Source: Clostridiales bacterium
GTDB taxonomy: Bacteria > Bacillota > Clostridia > Lachnospirales > UBA12420
DNA: 64,000 bases
Assembly (NCBI GenBank): GCA_003452395.1
Contig: DMOI01000014.1
Location: 13,402 to 77,401, forward strand
Reading direction: 5' to 3'
Shown here: piece after piece, positions 52,852 to 61,399 of the stretch
Layout: each line of letters opens with the position of its first letter
How positions within the stretch are numbered: the stretch's first letter is position 1
Position numbers and translations under genes: made by a program
Notes under the pieces: generated by a model
The model's database searches: none
The model's input: the letters and a program-made list of their open reading frames with translations, nothing else
What the model was told of the DNA's origin: nothing

Positions 52852-53673
52852 ATGGAGGTGAGAACATTGACCAAAGCTGAAATACTAGCTGATGTTATCA
52901 ATTCTGCTAGAGAAAAAAAGAACTACTCTTTAAGACAATTAGGTGCTATGACTGGTATTAATTTTTCTGCTATTTCTAGATTAGAAGGTGGTGCTGTAAA
53001 AGCTCCATCACCTTTAAATTTGAAGAAACTTGCTGAAGTGCTTGATCTCAAATTTGAGGACTTACTTGAATATGCAGGTTATATTGGTCCAGATGAATCT
53101 GATGCAAGAAGCATCTTAGCTAATAATGCTAATTTTTTATCTGAAAAGGATAGAGATTTTATTGTTAATTCTCTCTATAAAGAATGGGAAGATTCGGCTA
53201 CTAATAATCTTAAAAAGATGGCTACATCTAAATCCGATATAAAAAATTTGATTTTTAGTTCTATTCCTAAAATTGTTAAGAATATCAAGATACCTATTCT
53301 TGGGGAAGTCGTTGCTGGTGTACCCCTTGAGGCTATCGAATGTATAGATGGTTATGTTGATATTTCTGAAGAAATGGCTAGGCAGGGTGAACACTTTGCA
53401 CTTAGGGTTAAAGGTGATAGTATGGAACCACGTATGGTTGCAGGCGACATCGTAATTGTTAGACGTCAATCTGATGCCAATACTGGTGATATAGCTATTG
53501 CTCTTGTAAAGGGTGGTGAAGCTACTGTTAAAAAAGTCTATAAAAACAAAAGTGGCTTAACACTTCAAGCATTTAATCCAAAGTATCAGCCAATGTTTTT
53601 TACTATTGAGGAAATTGAAACTTTGCCTGTGGAGATATTAGGTAAAGTTGTTCAAATCCGAGTAGATATTTAA
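52852..53673 (+). CDS. CI-like repressor: XRE HTH + LexA/S24 peptidase domain
   Basis: HTH YSLRQLGAMTGINFSAISRLEGG. S24 motifs VKGDSMEP and GEATVKK. Start is ATG 52852 (possibly leaderless) or TTG 52867 behind GGAGGTG. Confidence 0.8.
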   Translation: MEVRTLTKAEILADVINSAREKKNYSLRQLGAMTGINFSAISRLEGGAVKAPSPLNLKKLAEVLDLKFEDLLEYAGYIGPDESDARSILANNANFLSEKDRDFIVNSLYKEWEDSATNNLKKMATSKSDIKNLIFSSIPKIVKNIKIPILGEVVAGVPLEAIECIDGYVDISEEMARQGEHFALRVKGDSMEPRMVAGDIVIVRRQSDANTGDIAIALVKGGEATVKKVYKNKSGLTLQAFNPKYQPMFFTIEEIETLPVEILGKVVQIRVDI

Positions 53674-53719
53674 AACTCTTTTGTTTATATCAAATCATAA
53701 GAAAGGATGTGATTGACAC

Positions 53720-54856
53720 ATGACAGGAACTGTTAGAAAACGTGGTTCTTCATGGTCTTATGTGTTTGATATAGGAAAGGTAAACGGCAATCGTAAAAAA
53801 GTTGAAAAAGGTGGATTTAAAACAAAGAAAGATGCACAAGTAGCACTTCGTACTGCTATTGATGAATTTGAAAGTGGTGGAGAGGTATTTAACCCAGAGG
53901 AGATTTCTGTTAGCGATTATTTTGACTATTGGATGGAGAACTATGTAAAATCTAATCTAAAGTTTACTACGTATGAGCACTATGAGCGTGATATAAGAAA
54001 CCATATTCGCCCTGCTCTCGGCAATTACTATTTAAATAGATTGTCGATTCAGCGTTTGCAAGACTTCTTCACTACTAAGTCTAGGGAAGGTTATTCTGCT
54101 AACTCACTTAAAGGTTTTTATGGAATATTATCAGGTGCGTTTGAAGGAGCAATTAAATGGGGTTACTTAAAATCTAACCCTATCCAAAGAATTATCATTC
54201 CTTCTGGTGATGACGGTCCAAAAGATGTTGCAGTTTTAACTCCTCAAGAAATTGGTATCATCCTTAAAAAGTTAAATAAAAAAACTAGCTTTTACATTCC
54301 GCTAGTAATTGCACTTAACACTGGTATGAGAGCTGCAGAAGTTACTGGACTTACTTGGGATAATGTTAACTTCACAAATAACACAATTCAAGTTACCAAG
54401 ATTCTTCAACGAAAAGATGGCGAATGGATTTTTACAACTCCAAAAACAAAAACAAGTACTCGTAACATGGTGATGCCTAATAATTTAAGATTAGATCTCC
54501 TTGAGTGGAAAGAACAACAACGTCAGAACAAGCAAAGGTACGAAAATCATTACCATGAAGGTAATAACATCTGCACTAAAGAAACTGGGGAACTCATAAC
54601 TACAGATTCCTTCAAATACTTAAGTCGTGTTATAAATAGACAACTTAAGATCAGATTTTACTTTCACATGTTAAGACATACCCATGCTACTATGTTACTC
54701 GGGCAAGGTATACATCCAAAGATTGTTCAAGAAAGATTAGGGCACAAAAAAATAACTACCACTCTGGATACTTATAGTCACGTTAGCATGAACATGCAAA
54801 CCGAAGCTATTAGTGCCTTTGATAGTTATTTGACATCTGCCTTGCCACCCACTTAA
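53720..54856 (+). CDS. int: tyrosine integrase
   Basis: 378 aa. NTGMRAAEVTGL (Arg), FHMLRHTHATML (H-x-x-R-H), LGHKKITTTLDTYSHV (Tyr). Adjacent to attR. Confidence 0.9.
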   Translation: MTGTVRKRGSSWSYVFDIGKVNGNRKKVEKGGFKTKKDAQVALRTAIDEFESGGEVFNPEEISVSDYFDYWMENYVKSNLKFTTYEHYERDIRNHIRPALGNYYLNRLSIQRLQDFFTTKSREGYSANSLKGFYGILSGAFEGAIKWGYLKSNPIQRIIIPSGDDGPKDVAVLTPQEIGIILKKLNKKTSFYIPLVIALNTGMRAAEVTGLTWDNVNFTNNTIQVTKILQRKDGEWIFTTPKTKTSTRNMVMPNNLRLDLLEWKEQQRQNKQRYENHYHEGNNICTKETGELITTDSFKYLSRVINRQLKIRFYFHMLRHTHATMLLGQGIHPKIVQERLGHKKITTTLDTYSHVSMNMQTEAISAFDSYLTSALPPT

Positions 54857-54883
54857 TATTTAGGGTGGCAAACGGGTGGCAAA
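54842..54883 (+). promoter_or_regulatory. TTGCCACCC ... GGGTGGCAAAC GGGTGGCAAA (inverted plus tandem arm-type motifs, attR side)
   Basis: Read directly. The same motif is at 17648-17665. Confidence 0.45.
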
Positions 54884-54918
54884 TGCCCTATTTTATAGCT
54901 TTGAATCCCTTGAAAACC

Positions 54919-56328
54919 TTATACTTTCTGGGTTAGCTTGACCACAGTCTCCACATGCATCGTGTGTGGGAACATGTCCACCGGTTGAACCATCTCAACC
55001 TCATATCCCCCATCACACAAATACCTCAAGTCCCTCGCAAGTGTCGCTGGATTGCACGAAACGTATACCACTCTATCCGGCTTCATCTCCACTATCGCCC
55101 GCAGTAACTTATCGTCACAGCCTTTTCTCGGTGGGTCTACCACTATCACATCTGGTTTCACACCTGTTTCCTTAAAATGCCTTGGTATCACTTCCTCAGC
55201 AGCCCCTACAAAAAACTCCACGTTTTCAATCCCGTTCTCCTTAGCGTTTTCTATGGCATCGTTTATCGCTTCTTCTATTATTTCCACTCCGTATACTTCC
55301 TTTGCTTTCTTAGCTAAAAATAGTGAGATGCTGCCTGTTCCGCAGTATGCATCCCATACTATTTCGTTGCCTGTTAGTTCTGCATATTCTAGTGCTTTTT
55401 CGTATAGTTTTTCGGTTTGTAGTGGGTTTATTTGAAAGAATGATCTAGCTGATATTTTGTATTTTATGTCTCCAATGTAGTCTGTTATATGGTCTTGTCC
55501 GTCTATTACTCTTGTTTTATCTCCTAGTACTGAGTTGCCTTTGTTGGTGTTTATGTTTAGTACTATGCTTTTTATTTTTTTTATGCTTTTTAGTTTATAT
55601 ACTAGTTCATTTTTATCTATTATGCTTTCTCCATTTATTATGATGCAAACCATTATTTCTCCTGTTTTATAGCCGTTTCTGATCATAATGTTGCGAATTA
55701 GTCCTGTATGTGTTTTATCGTCGTAAATTAGCGACTCATAGTCGCTCTTACCTTTTTCTTTCTGTGTAATAACAAGATACTTATTTTGTAGATAGTTTCT
55801 TATTATTTTTAGTATTTTTTCTGTTGTTCTATCTTGTATTATACATTTGTCAGTGTCGACTATCTCGTGACTTGCATGCTTATAGCAGCCTATGGCTAAC
55901 TTGCCATTTACTATACCTACTGGGAACATTGCTTTATTGCGGTAGTGATATGGATCATCCATTCTTATAATAGTTGAAAGTTGAAAGTTGAAAGTTGAAA
56001 GTTTCCCTATTCGTTCGAGTGCATCTTTTACTATTTTTTCTTTTATCTTGAGTTGTTCTTCGTATTTTATTTGTTGTATTTGGCAACCTCCGCATTTATT
56101 GGCTACTTTGCATGATGCAGGGTGTCTTATCTCTGACTCTTTTATTAGCTTTATTATTTTCCCTGAAACGTAGTTTTTACTTACCTTAGTTATTTTGACT
56201 TTTACTGTATCGCCTTTAACTCCACCATTTACAAAGATAGTTATCCCATCTATCTTTCCTATTCCTTCACCTTCTGTTCCCATATCTATTATTTCTACTT
56301 CATAGTCTTCATTTAATTTTATATTCAT
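54919..56328 (-). CDS. rlmD: 23S rRNA (uracil-5-)-methyltransferase RlmD/RumA type
   Basis: N-terminal TRAM domain. Cys cluster CKVANKCGGCQIQQ. SAM motif DAYCGTGSISL. C-terminal VYVSCNPATLARD. The last 8 codons are supplied by the prophage. Confidence 0.85.
   Translation of the reverse strand: MNIKLNEDYEVEIIDMGTEGEGIGKIDGITIFVNGGVKGDTVKVKITKVSKNYVSGKIIKLIKESEIRHPASCKVANKCGGCQIQQIKYEEQLKIKEKIVKDALERIGKLSTFNFQLSTIIRMDDPYHYRNKAMFPVGIVNGKLAIGCYKHASHEIVDTDKCIIQDRTTEKILKIIRNYLQNKYLVITQKEKGKSDYESLIYDDKTHTGLIRNIMIRNGYKTGEIMVCIIINGESIIDKNELVYKLKSIKKIKSIVLNINTNKGNSVLGDKTRVIDGQDHITDYIGDIKYKISARSFFQINPLQTEKLYEKALEYAELTGNEIVWDAYCGTGSISLFLAKKAKEVYGVEIIEEAINDAIENAKENGIENVEFFVGAAEEVIPRHFKETGVKPDVIVVDPPRKGCDDKLLRAIVEMKPDRVVYVSCNPATLARDLRYLCDGGYEVEMVQPVDMFPHTMHVETVVKLTQKV
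54947..54963. repeat. prophage attR core gtctccacatgcatcgt inside rlmD
   Basis: Identical to 17490-17506 and 7179-7195. Confidence 0.7.
55973..56003. repeat. heptanucleotide microsatellite (GTTGAAA)x4.4 inside rlmD
   Basis: Read directly. Encodes KLSTFNFQLSTI. Confidence 0.9.
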
Positions 56329-56729
56329 TTTGTCTCCTTTTCAAGATATTCATCAATTGCTTCTATATCCTTCAAATCTTTTTCCCTACCTAACTCTTGC
56401 TTCTTCTTTTTAATACTTTCGAGTGATGCAACTGGTATGCCTTCTATCATTTTAATTTCATCAGTATACCAATTATCTATAAATTCTATATTTGTGTTTT
56501 GTATTGATATTTGTCTGACATTACCGTCTAATAAATTTATTATACAATCTTTTTGCTTTATTAATTCCTCATATAATTTTTCTGTAAACCCTAGGTCTAT
56601 ATCTTTAGTTTGTTCTTTTACTCCGTACATAACTAAAGCTGTACCGCCTGTTACCCAATATTCATTTTTATCATATTTTAGTTCCGACATTATTTTTATT
56701 ACATTTTCCCTTGATAACATGTCAACCAT
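56325..56729 (-). CDS. small minimal-nucleotidyltransferase-fold protein
   Basis: GGTALVMYGVKEQTKDIDL fits G[GS]-x9-11-DxD. 4-nt overlap with rlmD. Confidence 0.4.
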   Translation of the reverse strand: MVDMLSRENVIKIMSELKYDKNEYWVTGGTALVMYGVKEQTKDIDLGFTEKLYEELIKQKDCIINLLDGNVRQISIQNTNIEFIDNWYTDEIKMIEGIPVASLESIKKKKQELGREKDLKDIEAIDEYLEKETK

Positions 56730-56752
56730 CCTTTGTAAATGATTCTCAAATA

Positions 56753-57808
56753 CTATAATATCTCCTCTATCTTCGTATCTGGCTCTTTGTATCTCTTCAT
56801 ATAATGTGTTAAACTCGTATATGTAAAAAATTTATTGATTAGCTTATTCCTGTTTAAAATAAATAATAGATAATTCGTTATATACGTAAATCCTAACGCT
56901 AAAATCACTTGTGCCACTGAAGACACGACATTATTCAAGTCCGGTATAGTTATTATTGGTTTTAGTCTCAAATATATTATGTCAAATATTTCTCCTGTTA
57001 AACCTATGAACATGGCGAATATTAATATTATATGATGCGCTTCTACAGCATTATTAGGACAAAATGCTGTACAACGCATGCAGCTTTCACAGCTAAATTT
57101 CCAGTATGGTCGTTTTTCTTCTTTTCCAAGCATCTTTATAGCACCCACCGGGCAAGATTTGGCACAGAGTCCACAGCCTGTACATTTATGATTTGAGAAT
57201 AACATTTTGGGTAAGAAAAATCTTCCTGCAAATAGGTATGCAAGGGATAAAGGCAAACATACTAGTCCTATCAAAAATGATATAAAACCTCCGTAAACCT
57301 TTTTTCCCGATAATATCTTTTCTGACAATTCATTTACAAATGTATTTGATACTCCTATAATATATTCATTCTTTTTAACTGTATATGTTGGCAGCATTAC
57401 ATTCCAGTTTGGTGGCATATCTATAGCCTCTACACTTACTATATTGTAGCCTTTAAGCGCTAGTATTAGCCCTATAAGATAGCTTCCTGTACCTTCACAG
57501 CCCGGCATATCTTTTAGAAAAGCCCCTCCACTTCTAGTTGCAGTAATCATAACCTTTTGTCCTTTAGCTTTAGGCAGTTCTCGTACAAATTTTATTACGC
57601 TAAATGGCGCGGTAAGAGCATGCGTGGGAAAAGTGATATGTATTATGGTATCAGCATCAGTGTCATCTAGCTGTTTCTTATCATACTTACCAACCGGTAT
57701 CATTTTTACTTCTAACGCTTTTCTACTTGCTTTATCTGCCACCCAACTCGCAACCCTATATGAATTACCCGTTCCCGTATAATAATATGATATAAGCTTC
57801 TTATACAT
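56753..57808 (-). CDS. flavodoxin-like + 2x[4Fe-4S] ferredoxin membrane protein (EFR1-type)
   Basis: CTGCGLCAKSCP and CESCMRCTAFCP motifs. C-terminal hydrophobic helices. Confidence 0.6.
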   Translation of the reverse strand: MYKKLISYYYTGTGNSYRVASWVADKASRKALEVKMIPVGKYDKKQLDDTDADTIIHITFPTHALTAPFSVIKFVRELPKAKGQKVMITATRSGGAFLKDMPGCEGTGSYLIGLILALKGYNIVSVEAIDMPPNWNVMLPTYTVKKNEYIIGVSNTFVNELSEKILSGKKVYGGFISFLIGLVCLPLSLAYLFAGRFFLPKMLFSNHKCTGCGLCAKSCPVGAIKMLGKEEKRPYWKFSCESCMRCTAFCPNNAVEAHHIILIFAMFIGLTGEIFDIIYLRLKPIITIPDLNNVVSSVAQVILALGFTYITNYLLFILNRNKLINKFFTYTSLTHYMKRYKEPDTKIEEIL

Positions 57809-57948
57809 TTCTACTCCTCCAATAAAAAATTGCTTGTTATGATAAAATTATATCATTTCAAGCAGAAAAAGCAAGGAAAACGGGTATTATTTTCATATAT
57901 TTCAAAATAACCCTTATAAGTTGTATTAAAATTAAAATCTCTATTTGT

Positions 57949-58668
57949 TTAGTGAAGTATTATCCCTTCTTTACTGTTTATTGCATCGACACTTTTTATC
58001 GCATTGACACTTTTTACTGTATCAACACTTTTTATCGCATCGACTGCAATAAAGTGTGTTCCTTCCATAGTCACCTTTGATTCTTTGAATGTCTCCTCCA
58101 CATAACCTCTGATACATCTATTTCCCATCATTCCGTACAGTGTTGATGTATCAAACAAATTATCTATTACGCCAGCTATGAAATTTATCTCTGTATCTCC
58201 ATTTAGATATTTATTAGATAGGTAATATATATCTTTTGCTTGATTTAGATTATTTTTCATAGAATTCCCTACTATAGTCATTCCTAAATTATTATGGTTT
58301 AACTTAAAAGCTTCTATAACCTGTATACCCAGGAGTGTGCAATTATTAGGTTTTTCAGATGCTTCTGCCAATTCTTTAAACAACTTAACATCATGTATTC
58401 TTTTTTGAGGATTACCAACACCCCATTTAGCATCTACAGTATATATACCATCATATATTATATTGCCATTTATAATGCCTGCTCTTTCCTTTATTTCTTG
58501 TTTTTCGATTACTTCTCCATATGATTTTTTTCTAGAATACTTAATAGTTGTCTTCGCAGTTTTAGGCCCTTCCTCAGCTTTTATCTCTGTATATTCAGTT
58601 TCTGAACCTTTTTCTTTAATTATTTGTAAATAACAATTTTTTTTGCCTATATAGTAAAGACTACCCAT
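57949..58668 (-). CDS. hypothetical protein; reading frame open a further 94 codons upstream (to 58950)
   Basis: ORF track plus a codon-by-codon check of the upstream extension. Confidence 0.5.
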   Translation of the reverse strand: MGSLYYIGKKNCYLQIIKEKGSETEYTEIKAEEGPKTAKTTIKYSRKKSYGEVIEKQEIKERAGIINGNIIYDGIYTVDAKWGVGNPQKRIHDVKLFKELAEASEKPNNCTLLGIQVIEAFKLNHNNLGMTIVGNSMKNNLNQAKDIYYLSNKYLNGDTEINFIAGVIDNLFDTSTLYGMMGNRCIRGYVEETFKESKVTMEGTHFIAVDAIKSVDTVKSVNAIKSVDAINSKEGIILH

Positions 58669-59003
58669 ATCCAGACTATCATAAATTGTTACTTTTTTGC
58701 CACCATTTTCAGATAAAAAGGTTTGTTGAATAATAATACCTTTATTGTCTGTTTTTATTGTTATTGTTTCTCCATCTTGTTTCTTAAAATAAATAGTATA
58801 TATCTTATCTAATACGTCTGATTCATATCCACTTAAAATGAGCTTTTCTTTAATAGATTCTATATTACGCCCAATACTCCAACTTATACTTTCACCATTA
58901 ACATCTTCATAAAATGTTTGTGTACTAAATTCATATAATGTGCCTATAATAAATCAACTCCCATACAAATATAACTTTTATCTTAGATACATTATATACT
59001 ATA

Positions 59004-59921
59004 TTATTTTATTCGCATCTTCTCAATTAATTTCACAAAATACTCAGGCAGCTCTGACACAAACTCCACATATTCTCCCGTTCTTGGATGCATAAATCCC
59101 AACACTTTTGCGTGTAATGCTTGTCCCCTTAGGTTATATGGTTGTTTCGTTGGTCCATATACTTCATCCCCAAGTAGTGGGTGCTTTTTATGTGCCATGT
59201 GTACCCGTATTTGATGGGTTCTGCCTGTTTCCAACTTGCACTCAACATATGTGAAGTCTCCGAAACGTTCTAGGACCTTATAATATGTTATCGCCCTTCT
59301 ACTATTTCTATCCGTCACTGTCATTTTCATTCTATCAACAGGATGCCTACCTATTGGCAAGTCTATTGTCCCTTTATCTTCTATAAAATTATTAAATACT
59401 ATTGCGTGATATTTTCTATTTATCGTGTGTTCCTTAAATTGTTCAGCTAGTTTAGAGTGAGCTGCATTATTTTTTGCAACTACTATTACTCCAGAAGTTT
59501 CTTTATCGATTCTATGCACTATTCCAGGTCTAATCACACCATTGATTTGCGAGAGATTTCCCTTGCAGTGATATAGTAGCGCATTTACAAGTGTACCTGT
59601 ATAATTCCCTGGTGCGGGATGAACTATCATCCCTTGCCCTTTATTTATAATTATGATATCTTCATCTTCGTATCTGATATCAAGTTTTATATCCTCAGGA
59701 AGTATTTGTAGCTCCTGTGGTTCCTGTATTTGCATTAAGATTTCATCATTAGCTTTTACTTTATAATTTTGTTTTACTTGCATGCCGTTCACTGTTACAT
59801 TACCATCTATTATAGTTTTTTTTATGTATTCTCGTGAATACTCTTCATATTGTTCTGATATATACTTATCTATTCTCTCACCTTCGTCATCTTTATCTAC
59901 TGTTAATTCATATTCGTTCAT
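59004..59921 (-). CDS. rluD: RluA-family 23S rRNA pseudouridine synthase (RluD)
   Basis: S4 domain N-terminus. Catalytic HRIDKETSGV motif. Confidence 0.85.
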   Translation of the reverse strand: MNEYELTVDKDDEGERIDKYISEQYEEYSREYIKKTIIDGNVTVNGMQVKQNYKVKANDEILMQIQEPQELQILPEDIKLDIRYEDEDIIIINKGQGMIVHPAPGNYTGTLVNALLYHCKGNLSQINGVIRPGIVHRIDKETSGVIVVAKNNAAHSKLAEQFKEHTINRKYHAIVFNNFIEDKGTIDLPIGRHPVDRMKMTVTDRNSRRAITYYKVLERFGDFTYVECKLETGRTHQIRVHMAHKKHPLLGDEVYGPTKQPYNLRGQALHAKVLGFMHPRTGEYVEFVSELPEYFVKLIEKMRIK

Positions 59922-59952
59922 ATTGTTTTCTCCTCTTTGTATTGCTTTCTCT

Positions 59953-60414
59953 CTATTTCGTGGTTACCTCGCCTTCTGGGTGCCTTATCACCATTATACC
60001 TAATGCTACACATGCAATACATATATAACTATCAGCAATATTAAATACTGGGTAATTTATACCATAAAAGCTGATAAAATCCACAACATATTTGTTCAAA
60101 ATTCTATCTATTAGATTTCCTATTGCACCAGCCATAATTAGTATATATATTATGTTATACATTTTATTTTTCTGTTGTTTAATCTTCTTTTCATAGTATA
60201 TAGCCCCAATTACAACAAATGATATTGTAAGTATTATAAATATGATTTGAGCATTTTTCATTATTCCAAAAGCTGCCCCTGTATTCTCTACATACTCAAG
60301 TCTCAGTATATTAGGTATAATTTCTATACTTTCTTTATATTTTAGCCCTAGAGTTGCCAAATATTTTGAAAATTGATCAATTAAAAGTAAAGCTATAATA
60401 ATAAAATATCTCAT
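59953..60414 (-). CDS. lspA: lipoprotein signal peptidase II
   Basis: NLIDRI...VVDFISF...PVFNIADS. Start moved to ATG 60414 (SD AAAGGAG). Confidence 0.85.
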   Translation of the reverse strand: MRYFIIIALLLIDQFSKYLATLGLKYKESIEIIPNILRLEYVENTGAAFGIMKNAQIIFIILTISFVVIGAIYYEKKIKQQKNKMYNIIYILIMAGAIGNLIDRILNKYVVDFISFYGINYPVFNIADSYICIACVALGIMVIRHPEGEVTTK

Positions 60415-60468
60415 GTTCAAATCTCCTTTACAAAAAAAATCAAGCTTCACTGCTTGATTTTTATTTTA

Positions 60469-60744
60469 TTATATTGTACTTAATAATGTCATGAGTATCC
60501 TTCTGATAATATCTAAAAAGAATAATGCTATAATAGGTGAAAAATCCATCATTATCCCTGATTGCCATTTACTTAATAGCTTTCTAAAAGGTTCAAGTAT
60601 CGGCTCAGTTGTATCAAATAAAAATTTAAACTTTTTATCCTTTTCGTAATCAATTCCAACCCACGACAATATGACCCTTATAAAAATTAGTATACTTAAA
60701 ACTGTAAAGAAACCATCTACTGCTTGCACTATAATATTTATCAT
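60469..60744 (-). CDS. yggT: YggT-family membrane protein
   Basis: 91 aa with two hydrophobic segments, located between sepF and lspA. Confidence 0.65.
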   Translation of the reverse strand: MINIIVQAVDGFFTVLSILIFIRVILSWVGIDYEKDKKFKFLFDTTEPILEPFRKLLSKWQSGIMMDFSPIIALFFLDIIRRILMTLLSTI

Positions 60745-60754
60745 ATAATACCAC

Positions 60755-61258
60755 CTATTTCATAGCTTTCATCCATGGCAATGTGTTTGGCTTTTCAGTG
60801 CTAAACTGTCCAGATGTTTCAGACGATATATCCACATTGTCTGGTGCAAAAACAAATATATTTTTTGTAACTCTTTTTATGTCCCCATTTAAAGAATAAC
60901 ATGAACCACTTAAGAAATCCATTACTCTTTGTCCTACAGTATGATCCATGTTTTCCAAGTTTACAACAACTGGTTTTCTTGCTCTTACATAATCACATAC
61001 TTCTCTAGCCTCTTCATACGATTGTGGACATACAACAACCATTTTAATCTGAGCGTTATTATGTATATTAACTATTTTCGAGTTATTATTCAAACCATAT
61101 GCTTTTAGATTACTTTCATCAATAATACTACCTGTGTTAAATCCAAAACCTATAGAGTCACCTTTCTCTTCAGTACGCTTATTGTCATGCATATCATAAT
61201 CATCTTCATACTCAACCATTCCCATTGCACCCATAATCTTATTAAATATTTTTTTCAT
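60755..61258 (-). CDS. sepF: cell division protein SepF
   Basis: PQSYEEAREVCDYVRARKPVVVNLENMDHTVGQRVMDFLSGSCYSLNGDIKRV matches the SepF consensus. Confidence 0.85.
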   Translation of the reverse strand: MKKIFNKIMGAMGMVEYEDDYDMHDNKRTEEKGDSIGFGFNTGSIIDESNLKAYGLNNNSKIVNIHNNAQIKMVVVCPQSYEEAREVCDYVRARKPVVVNLENMDHTVGQRVMDFLSGSCYSLNGDIKRVTKNIFVFAPDNVDISSETSGQFSTEKPNTLPWMKAMK

Positions 61259-61399
61259 TGTATACCTCCGTCTCCTTATTTAAGCTACACTTATACGCTT
61301 TTATATATTTTTTCGTACTCTTTTACTTCCATTTTTATATTTTACTACATATTTGGAAATTTTACAAGTATAAATCTGTAAATTAATTAACAAATTTTA

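Larger units (their letters stand above)
17507..54946. mobile_element. ~37.4-kb HK97-like temperate siphovirus-type prophage integrated in the rlmD 3' end
   Basis: 17-bp core at both ends. GGTGGCAAAC-GGGTGGCA motif near both ends. Integrase next to attR. Complete lysogeny, replication, packaging, head, tail and lysis modules. Confidence 0.7.
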
